The notes below the pieces were generated by a model. That model made no database searches and was not told the origin of the DNA. It was given only the letters and a program-made list of their open reading frames with translations. The position numbers were made by a program, and so were the translations under genes. Below, piece by piece: positions 8,592 to 14,871 of a stretch of DNA of 14,871 nt (position 1 is its first letter; every line of letters starts with the position of its first letter). Origin of the DNA: Gemmatimonadota bacterium (lineage in GTDB: Bacteria > Gemmatimonadota > Gemmatimonadetes > Longimicrobiales > RSA9); the NCBI GenBank assembly GCA_040905425.1, contig JBBDRO010000113.1:1-14871 (forward strand), read 5' to 3'.

Positions 8592-10003
8592 GTGCCCCCC
8601 AGATGGCAACGGCGGCAGAGCAGCGGACTCGCGGCCTCCGCGCGCCGGGCGTCGAAATCCGCACCGTGGGGACTAACGCCCCACCCGCCCACGCTGGAAT
8701 GGCAGGACGTGCAGGAACTCTGTGTGTGGCATGTGACACAACTCTCCAGCCCCTGCCGTGCCGCCTGCCCGTGTCCGATGAGCCAGAATGGCTCCCGATC
8801 GTGGAAGACCGCCGCCCCACCACGACCGCCCGCCATGCCGGCGTCGGTATGGCAGGACCGGCAGAACAGCTCCGTGCTGTGGCAGGACGCGCAGCGCGTG
8901 TCGGCGGCGAACGCCTCGGTGCCATGCCGGGCGGTGAAGCCGTCATCGTGGAAGGAGGGTGCGACCGCGCCGGCATGGCATTCCGTGCAGGTGGCTTGGG
9001 CATGGCAGCTGGAGCAGCGGGCCGTGCCCGCGGCCGCTTCCGCGCCGTGGCCGCGCACGAAATCGGCGCCATGGACCGAACTGCGGCGCACCGGTGGCCG
9101 CACGCCGCGCGCGTCGTCATCGGGCGTCACCGGCAATGCCGCCACGACCGTGGTACGCCCCGCGCCGTGGCAGGCCTGGCAACTCTCGCGGGCGTGGCAG
9201 TTGGCACAGCTCGCGGCGCCCTGGCCGGCCGTCCCACCGTGGCTCCAGCCCCAGTCGGCCTGAACGTGGCTGGAGGGCAGCGGATAGCGCGGCGCCAGCC
9301 CCGCCACCAGCGCGGCCACCCGCGGGTCCGGTTGGAGGCTCCTCACGGCGGGCACATCCGCGCCGTTCAGGTGGCAGCGCTCGCAGCTCTCCCGGGCATG
9401 GCACACCGCGCAGGAGGCGTCGGCCGCCCCGGCGTGCTCGGCGCCCCAGCCCTGCCCGCTGTGCGTGGCCGGAGTCGGCAGCGCCTCGACCCTGCCCGCG
9501 GGCAGTGACGGGTTGAGCGCCAGCGGCGGGTGACACGTGGCGCAGGATTCGGCCGGTAGTTCCAGATGCTCAGCCCCACCGGCAGCATGACAGGTCATGC
9601 ACCGTTCGGGTGTTGCCGGTCCCACAGCCATGGGTTGACTCGAGCCTCCCAGCGCGGGGTCCGCCAGCCCGTGGCACTGCTCGCAGGTGGCGCGCTGGGC
9701 CTCCCGGGCAAGCGTTCCGGCATGGGTGTCATGGTCGAAACGAAGCAGGGAGGCTCCGGGGGCGTGGCCGCGCCACGTGGTCCGTGGCAGGCGCGCGCCG
9801 TCATGGCAGGCCAGGCAGCGGGCCGGCTCCGGATAGACACCCGCGTCCGGGGCCGCCGCATCCCCGCCGTGGCAGAGGACGCAGCCCACGGGGAAGAGGC
9901 CCGCGTGGCGCTCGTGGGGGAACGCCGTGGGATCCGCCGGCCCGCCATGGCCGGGCAGCCCCACGAGCAGGGGCAGCAGCACCAGCGGCAATGCGCGCCT
10001 CAT
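8588..10003 (-). CDS. 16-heme periplasmic cytochrome c, OmaB/OmaC-like diheme repeats; probable porin-inserted wire
   Basis: GGAGG RBS, ATG 10003 overlaps the porin stop (ATGA), signal peptide MRRALPLVLLPLLVGL. Sixteen CxxCH counted. Two FxHxxH motifs in the N-terminal part, then five H-x3-6-[WF]-x3-H...CxxCH-x4-5-CxxCH repeats. Confidence 0.9.
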   Translation of the reverse strand: MRRALPLVLLPLLVGLPGHGGPADPTAFPHERHAGLFPVGCVLCHGGDAAAPDAGVYPEPARCLACHDGARLPRTTWRGHAPGASLLRFDHDTHAGTLAREAQRATCEQCHGLADPALGGSSQPMAVGPATPERCMTCHAAGGAEHLELPAESCATCHPPLALNPSLPAGRVEALPTPATHSGQGWGAEHAGAADASCAVCHARESCERCHLNGADVPAVRSLQPDPRVAALVAGLAPRYPLPSSHVQADWGWSHGGTAGQGAASCANCHARESCQACHGAGRTTVVAALPVTPDDDARGVRPPVRRSSVHGADFVRGHGAEAAAGTARCSSCHAQATCTECHAGAVAPSFHDDGFTARHGTEAFAADTRCASCHSTELFCRSCHTDAGMAGGRGGAAVFHDREPFWLIGHGQAARQGLESCVTCHTQSSCTSCHSSVGGWGVSPHGADFDARRAEAASPLLCRRCHLGGT

Positions 10004-11469
10004 GATCCACCTCCACCGACTTCGGGCAGCCCCGGTTCGGGACCGACCACCCAGTCCAGCCGCAGCAGCGCGCGCCACTGGCTCCAGTCCACCGCGGGAG
10101 CGCTGCCCCGGTCGGCATGCCGATAGAAGCTGACGGCGCCGGACACCCCCGTGCGGGCGCTTAGCCGCAGCGCGCCGTCCGCCGACGCGCCGTAGACCGT
10201 ACCCTCGTCCACGCGCAACTCCGTGCTGCGCTGGAAGGCGTGCAGCACCAGGCCGCCGTGCGACCCCGTGCCGAACCGGCGTTCCACACGCGCGCTGCCC
10301 TGCCCCTTGGCTGCCCCGAAGCCCAGGTCGGCTGCGTACATGCCACTCAGGCGCCAGGAGGGGGCGGGCTCCACCTCCGCGGTGACGTCCATGTACCAGC
10401 CCGCGTCGCGCAACGTGGTGAAGGTGAGTTCCGCGCCGGTGGCGTCGTATGCGCGGCGGGCACCGCGCACCGTCAACGCTACGGGATGCTCCGTGGAGCG
10501 CCACGCGGCGCCGCCGCCCAGCTCGCTGAAGCCCACGGGAGTAAACGCGCTCCAGATGGTCCATAGCTCGAAGTAGGGGCGGTAGCGCCGCGCCTGGAGA
10601 TGCGCGCGCACGCCGTACAGCGGCGGGAGGAGCAGCCTCAGCCGGGCTTCGTTCAGATCACGCCCGGCCACGTCCGCGTCCAGTTCCAGTTCGAGCGCGG
10701 CGGCGCCCCGGCGAGCCACGCCGTCCAGCGCCACCCGCTCGCCATAGAGGCCGCCGCGGTCACTGCGAATCTCGCGCTGATAGCTGGCGGTTAGTGACGT
10801 GGCCGCCGACGGGCGGGCGCGCACCTCGGCGCCGAAGAGCAGACCGCGCCGCTCCGGCACGTAGGTCTCCACGGCGGCCAGGGCCTCGGTGCTGACCGGC
10901 TCGTGGAGCCCCCGCACCAGCGTCCAGCCGGCGAATCCCTCCACGGAGATGCGGGGGTCGGCACGATAGAGCGCGCTGAGACCATCGAAGTTGTAGAAAC
11001 CCAGTCCCGACGTCCGCCACTGGCGGCCGCCGCGCAGGCGCACGGACCCGCGATCCAGCTGCGCGTACGCCTCCAGCACGTCCAGCGCGTCGTCCGCGCG
11101 TGGCCAGGCGGCGCTGCCGCTGCCCAGGTCGGCGCGCGCGCGCACCTGAGCATAACCACTCATGCCGCGCCCGATGCCCCAGACGCTCAGGCCCACGTCC
11201 TGTACGGCGGGCACCATGCCCGCGCGCGCACCACTCCGATAGCGGTAGCAGTGGAGGGCAGCGGGAACGCAGCGCACGAGTCGCCCGTCGGTGGTCCGGC
11301 GGAGCACGCCGTCGCCTGTGGTGATCCCCACGGGCACGCTGTCCAATTCCAGCGGCCGGATGCCGATGTAGCGCAGTGTGCTGGCGCCCGTGGTACGGAC
11401 CGTCTGGGCCTGGAGGGGCACGGCCAGCAGACCGCACCAGACGCCCAGGATGGGAAGGACGCGTCTCAT
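10000..11469 (-). CDS. Outer-membrane beta-barrel protein, putative porin of a porin-cytochrome complex
   Basis: ATG 11469 overlaps the upstream stop (ATGA). Signal peptide MRRVLPILGVWCGLLAVPLQA|Q. 489 aa, no CxxCH, many alternating amphipathic strands with aromatic residues (EAYAQLD, SVRLRGGRQW, YNFDGLSALY, TSLTASYQREI, WRLSGMY, last strand RALLRLDW). Sits between multiheme cytochrome genes. Confidence 0.8.
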   Translation of the reverse strand: MRRVLPILGVWCGLLAVPLQAQTVRTTGASTLRYIGIRPLELDSVPVGITTGDGVLRRTTDGRLVRCVPAALHCYRYRSGARAGMVPAVQDVGLSVWGIGRGMSGYAQVRARADLGSGSAAWPRADDALDVLEAYAQLDRGSVRLRGGRQWRTSGLGFYNFDGLSALYRADPRISVEGFAGWTLVRGLHEPVSTEALAAVETYVPERRGLLFGAEVRARPSAATSLTASYQREIRSDRGGLYGERVALDGVARRGAAALELELDADVAGRDLNEARLRLLLPPLYGVRAHLQARRYRPYFELWTIWSAFTPVGFSELGGGAAWRSTEHPVALTVRGARRAYDATGAELTFTTLRDAGWYMDVTAEVEPAPSWRLSGMYAADLGFGAAKGQGSARVERRFGTGSHGGLVLHAFQRSTELRVDEGTVYGASADGALRLSARTGVSGAVSFYRHADRGSAPAVDWSQWRALLRLDWVVGPEPGLPEVGGGGS

Positions 11470-12281
11470 GGCCGCCCCCCCACTCCGATACGTGTGAGGT
11501 GGCATTTCTGGCATTCGGCGCCCGGCTCGTGCTCCGTGAGTGCCGCATGGCAGGTCAGACACAGATTGCGGGTCCCGTCCAGCGCCAGCACTGCGGTGTC
11601 CGTGTGGCAGCCGGCGCCGCCACACCCCAGATGCACGCGCTCGGAAACGTGTACGGCCGCCTTGCCGACAGCCGCGTCGTGACACGCCACACAGGAACTT
11701 GTCTGGGTGTGATGGCGCTCGTGGCAGCTCGCGCATGACGCCGCCGCGGACAGCGTGGGCCCCTCCACATGGCAGCGTGTGCAGGCAATGTCCTCGTGCC
11801 TGGGATGCGCGAACGGGAGGGTCCGGGTGCCCGTGGTCACCTGGCGGGCGGCGACCGGTGCCCCGTCGTGACAGCGTGCGCAATCCGCCCGACCGCTGGC
11901 ATGATGGCAGCTTGCGCACCGGGCGCCCACGCCGGCGCTAACCGCGCTCGCGGCGTTGCTCACGGTGTTGCTAGCGGCCGTGCCCACCTGATGGCATGCG
12001 CCGCACGCCAGCGCGTCATGGGCTTCATGCCCCTGCGGGGTACCGTGGCAGGAGCGGCACGCCACGCTGCCATGCTCCTCGTGCGGGAATCCACCCGCCG
12101 CGGCCTCCTCTGCCGCAGCCACCGGCCCGCGCTCCGGTCCGGCGGCCACCACCGTGATGCTGTCCGGCGCTGCCGCATCCACACCCGCGTCATCGGCGGA
12201 CGTCACCCCTTCGTCCCCGGTGGGTGCGCACGCCACCGTCAGCAGCAGTGCCAGCACGATTCTCCTGCCCCCTGGCCTCAT
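11466..12281 (-). CDS. Decaheme cytochrome c, probable lipoprotein (9 CxxCH + 1 CX4CH)
   Basis: GGAGG RBS. MRPGGRRIVLALLLTVA|C lipobox-like signal, acidic Ala-rich linker. Motifs CRSCH, CGACH, CASCH, CARCH, CTRCH, CASCH, CVACH, CGGAGCH, CLTCH, CQKCH; FPHEEH and FAHPRH c3/c7-type motifs. Confidence 0.88.
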   Translation of the reverse strand: MRPGGRRIVLALLLTVACAPTGDEGVTSADDAGVDAAAPDSITVVAAGPERGPVAAAEEAAAGGFPHEEHGSVACRSCHGTPQGHEAHDALACGACHQVGTAASNTVSNAASAVSAGVGARCASCHHASGRADCARCHDGAPVAARQVTTGTRTLPFAHPRHEDIACTRCHVEGPTLSAAASCASCHERHHTQTSSCVACHDAAVGKAAVHVSERVHLGCGGAGCHTDTAVLALDGTRNLCLTCHAALTEHEPGAECQKCHLTRIGVGGRP

Positions 12282-12295
12282 CCCGCCCCTCCCCC

Positions 12296-13708
12296 TCAGC
12301 GCCCGAGCACGTTCTCCAGGGTAATGTCGGCAAAGCCGTCCACCGCGTATTCCGCGCGCACCTGCCGGATGCTCGCCGTGAGCAGCGCCTCCACGAGGAA
12401 CGGGTTGTGGATGGCTGAACCGGGCTGCGCGGCGAGCTGAGCGTTGAACCGGGCCCCCTCCGCGGTGGAGAGGCGGCCGTCCCCGTCGTTGAACTCGCCG
12501 GCGGGCACCTGCTCCAGCAGGGCGTTCAGCGTGGTCTCGAGCGCGTCCAGGCGGATGCGCACCACGCCCAGTACGGAGCGCACGGCATCCTCACTGCCGT
12601 GGCAGCCGCCCGCCGTGCAGGAGCGGTACGTCCGCTCGGCCGGCGCGCAATCCTCGGAGGCGGTGGGCAGGCCAGCCGCGTTCACACACGGGATGGCCTT
12701 GAAGAGGTGGCCGGAGGCGTTCAGCAGGAACTCCCCGGTGGCTGGATCGGTGAACTCGGACCGCATGACGTGGCAACCGGCGCACAGCCGGGGGTTCTGC
12801 CCGGTGCCGTGCGTGGCCACGATACTGCCCGGCTCGTAGGCAAAGTTGGGCGGGATCCAGCCCACGTCCGTGCCGAGGAGGAGCGGCCCCTGAGGGGAGT
12901 GCGGACCGTAGGACGGCCGCGCCAGGTCGGGCACGGCCCGCTTGTGATGGCACTTCATGCACAGGTTGCCCTCCACCGACGGAACGTCGATGGGGAAGCG
13001 TAGCTGGCGGGGGTTGGTGGCATCGTGCGGGTCGTGGCACACGGCACAGGTGATGGGCACCACGTCCTCGTGCCCCTGCCGCTCGGTGAAGTTGGCGCTC
13101 ACCCCCCAGGAATCGAGCGCCCCGCGCGCTTCATGGCACCCCACGCAGGCGTCCCGCGTGCTGGCGAAGTTGGTGCGCCGGCCGTGTCGCGAGGCCGCCC
13201 ATTCCTCGACGAACGGGTTGTGCGCGCCCGTATGGCACTCACCACAGCCGCTGGTGGCGTCCGGTCCCACCTCGATGGAAGCCAGGGGCTGGGACGCGTC
13301 CGGATTGGTGACGTGCTGCAGCCCGGGGCCGTGGCAGCTCTCACACTGCACGTCCTGATAGCGCGGATCCCCGGTGGCCGTCCACCCCACCGCTACGGTT
13401 TCCACGTGGTTGCCACGGGCACCCACGGTGTGGCAACCCTCACACGTTTCGGCGGCATGACCGCTCTCCTGCAAGGAGCTCCACGCATGGGCATGCGCGG
13501 TCTGGCGCCACTCGGCGTTCTTCCCCACATGGCAGCCGCCGCACACGGGCCGGCCCTCCGTCAACTGGGAATAACCCAGGAAGCCGGCCGCGGCCTCCGG
13601 CGGCGGCTCCTCGCTGATCTCCACGACGGTGAGCCGCTCCGTGCAACCGGCCGCACTCACCAGCGCCACCGTCATCAGCCACCGCATCCACCCTGCACGT
13701 GCCGGCAT
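12296..13708 (-). CDS. Nonaheme cytochrome c lipoprotein (8 CxxCH + 1 CX4CH); c554-like N-terminus, helical C-terminus resembling OmcB/OcwA-type surface cytochromes
   Basis: GGAGAGG RBS before ATG 13708 (alternative 13687). Lipobox-like VALVSAAG|C. Motifs CGGCH, CEGCH, CESCH, CGECH, CVGCH, CAVCH, CMKCH, CAGCH, CTAGGCH. C-terminal GARFNAQL...PGSAIHNPFLVEALLTASI. Confidence 0.9.
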   Translation of the reverse strand: MPARAGWMRWLMTVALVSAAGCTERLTVVEISEEPPPEAAAGFLGYSQLTEGRPVCGGCHVGKNAEWRQTAHAHAWSSLQESGHAAETCEGCHTVGARGNHVETVAVGWTATGDPRYQDVQCESCHGPGLQHVTNPDASQPLASIEVGPDATSGCGECHTGAHNPFVEEWAASRHGRRTNFASTRDACVGCHEARGALDSWGVSANFTERQGHEDVVPITCAVCHDPHDATNPRQLRFPIDVPSVEGNLCMKCHHKRAVPDLARPSYGPHSPQGPLLLGTDVGWIPPNFAYEPGSIVATHGTGQNPRLCAGCHVMRSEFTDPATGEFLLNASGHLFKAIPCVNAAGLPTASEDCAPAERTYRSCTAGGCHGSEDAVRSVLGVVRIRLDALETTLNALLEQVPAGEFNDGDGRLSTAEGARFNAQLAAQPGSAIHNPFLVEALLTASIRQVRAEYAVDGFADITLENVLGR

Positions 13709-13779
13709 GAGCCTCTCCGTTGTGTCTGTGGCGGGAATGGGCCGGCCTCGGCGCCGACGCCACGCATCCGCTGCCCGCG

Positions 13780-14478
13780 TCACGCCGAGCGTCGGCGTGC
13801 CAGTTGAAGCGCCACGATGACCACCGGGCTGACCAGCCAGACCGTGGCACCCAGCGCCAGGATCACGGCCCCGAGGGCCGTGACGTGCAACTCCGTCCAC
13901 CAGATGGCCGGCCGGGCCCGCACGAACGCCACGGCCAGCACACCGAACGTCGTGATCAGCACCGCCGTACCGATGCGGTAGTGCGGCCAGCGCTCATAGG
14001 CGTTGTGCAGCGCCTGCCAGCCCTCCACCGCGGCCCACAGGCAGATGAACACGGCGGCGGCCCAGGCGATGGCCACTCCGGCGGAAACGGTGAGCGACCC
14101 ACCCGGGCCCGTGGCGCCCGTGAGCCCGACCCACGCCGCCACCAGCCACGCCGCCCCCAGCGCCGGGATCTCGTACAGAGCCGAGCGCAGCAGCCGGCGG
14201 ACGGCTTCTCCACGCCCCATGGCGGCGGGCCGTCCCAGCATGCCGAGCGCCCCGCCGTGCACATAGCCAAGCACCGCCCCGGCCGCGAACAGGACGGTCA
14301 TGATCACCAGGAATCCGGAGCTCACGATCTGATCGTTCACGGCCACCCAGACGCCTCCGGTGATGATGCCCGTGGCCATGGACCAGCTCAGTGCCACCTT
14401 CTCGGGCAGGGAGATCCACGGCTGCTCCATCTCCCGGACTGTTTCCCTGGCCACCGTGTCGCGCGCCATCGCTCGCAT
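13780..14478 (-). CDS. Hypothetical integral membrane protein (~6 TM), first gene of the cytochrome operon
   Basis: GGGAGG RBS 5 nt before ATG 14478. 232 aa with about six hydrophobic segments and a basic C-terminus (RRR). No family motif recognised. Confidence 0.75.
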   Translation of the reverse strand: MRAMARDTVARETVREMEQPWISLPEKVALSWSMATGIITGGVWVAVNDQIVSSGFLVIMTVLFAAGAVLGYVHGGALGMLGRPAAMGRGEAVRRLLRSALYEIPALGAAWLVAAWVGLTGATGPGGSLTVSAGVAIAWAAAVFICLWAAVEGWQALHNAYERWPHYRIGTAVLITTFGVLAVAFVRARPAIWWTELHVTALGAVILALGATVWLVSPVVIVALQLARRRSA

Positions 14479-14618
14479 GACATCCTCCCGTGGTGCCGCT
14501 CGGCACCGGAATTGGGTGCTTGCCTGCTCTATTTCCGGAGCCCCGGGGGGCTCTGATGGCGTTGCGAATCGGTGCCGCGATCAGGGGCGGAGGGAGGTCC
14601 GCTGGTCCCTTAACACGG

Positions 14619-14635
14619 GGCAACGGCCATACCGA
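14619..14635 (-). promoter_or_regulatory. Putative sigma54 (-24/-12) promoter of the cytochrome operon
   Basis: Minus strand reads tcGGTATGGCCGTTGCc: GG(14633-14632)-N10-GC(14621-14620), fitting YGGYAYGRNNNTTGC. Points at the operon; predicted +1 near 14608. Confidence 0.7.
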
Positions 14636-14651
14636 CCGCCCGGCAAGGGCC

Positions 14652-14664
14652 CAACACGTTGACC
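14652..14664 (-). promoter_or_regulatory. Possible IHF binding site
   Basis: ggTCAAcgtgTTG versus consensus WATCAANNNNTTR (first two bases mismatch). At about -44 to -56 of the sigma54 promoter, with a short A/T run (TTAAAG) just upstream. Confidence 0.4.
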
Positions 14665-14711
14665 TGCAGTGCTTTAAGCCGTTTCGGGCGAATGAGGCCG
14701 CCGTGGCCGAA

Positions 14712-14759
14712 CGCGCCATTTGCCCCAACCTGGTCGCGACCGCCGGGGCATATGACCCA
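14712..14759. promoter_or_regulatory. Tandem upstream activator (enhancer-like) sites for a sigma54 activator
   Basis: cGcGcCA-tt-TGCCCCA (14712-14727) and cGGGGCA-ta-TGaCCCA (14744-14759), 32 bp apart, centred about -112 and -144 from the predicted +1. Same dyad as 2070-2085. Confidence 0.6.
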
Positions 14760-14871
14760 CCTCGACCGCCGACCGCAGCCTTGCCGTCCCACGCCACGGC
14801 CCCTTAGCTTGGACGCCACATACGACGAACGGGGCCCTCAGGAAGTCCGGTGAGAAACCGGCGCGGCCCCG

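Noticed and set aside
2268..9263. Long opposite-strand ORFs (2268-4178 -, 3998-5332 -, 5526-6788 +, 7440-9263 +) and many shorter ones
   Set aside because: Shadow ORFs of well-supported genes in high-GC DNA; no domain motifs, biased composition.
12296..13708. NrfA nitrite reductase or HAO assignment for the lipoprotein cytochrome
   Set aside because: No CxxCK catalytic motif, and the context is a porin cluster rather than nrfH or hao partners; at most a shared fold.
13747..13799. Inverted repeats (CACGCCGA/TCGGCGTG and CGCCGACGC) around the membrane-protein stop codon
   Set aside because: Partly coding, almost all G/C, no U-tract; plausible by chance.
8592..13900. ORF-track N-terminal extensions (starts 8609, 10564, 11919, 13900; also 2019 and 4082)
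   Set aside because: Extensions overlap neighbouring genes or intergenic DNA. Downstream ATGs have RBS and/or ATGA overlaps and put signal peptides at the N-terminus.
14563..14577. Second sigma54-like sequence CGGCACCGATTCGCA (minus)
   Set aside because: GG-to-GC spacing is 9 nt, not the required 10.
14479..14871. GEMM-I (c-di-GMP/cGAMP) riboswitch, as found upstream of Geobacter cytochrome genes
   Set aside because: Could not find the GEMM-I consensus elements in the expected arrangement on the minus strand.
14804..14871. Possible 3' end of an upstream minus-strand gene (...GPRRFLTGLPEGPVRRMWRPS*)
   Set aside because: Only about 21 codons visible; not enough to support a CDS call.
1..14871. 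CRISPR arrays, tRNA/rRNA, transposases, integrases
   Set aside because: None seen; the only repeats are protein-level heme repeats and the 16-bp operator.

Overview
GC-rich bacterial DNA (roughly 70% GC by eye). The host is probably a diderm; Gemmatimonadota-like is only an impression. The + strand (1-5569) encodes signalling proteins: a 5'-truncated PAS-PAS-HisKA-HATPase-REC hybrid kinase, then a membrane HAMP sensor kinase coupled to an NtrC-family sigma54 activator. Converging on these is an 8-gene minus-strand operon (14478->5601). In order it encodes an unknown ~6-TM membrane protein, a 9-heme lipoprotein, a 10-heme lipoprotein, a beta-barrel porin, a 16-heme periplasmic cytochrome, a 9-heme membrane-anchored cytochrome, a Rieske protein and a cytochrome b. 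There are 44 putative heme-c sites (42 CxxCH + 2 CX4CH). This reads as a complete quinone-pool-to-cell-surface electron conduit, i.e. a porin-cytochrome complex co-encoded with a Rieske/cytochrome b complex whose cytochrome c1 is replaced by a nonaheme protein. Upstream is a full sigma54 promoter layout: -24/-12 box, IHF-like site, and two 16-bp palindromic enhancer-like sites 32 bp apart. A third copy of the palindrome lies in front of the two-component genes, suggesting they are the cognate regulator.
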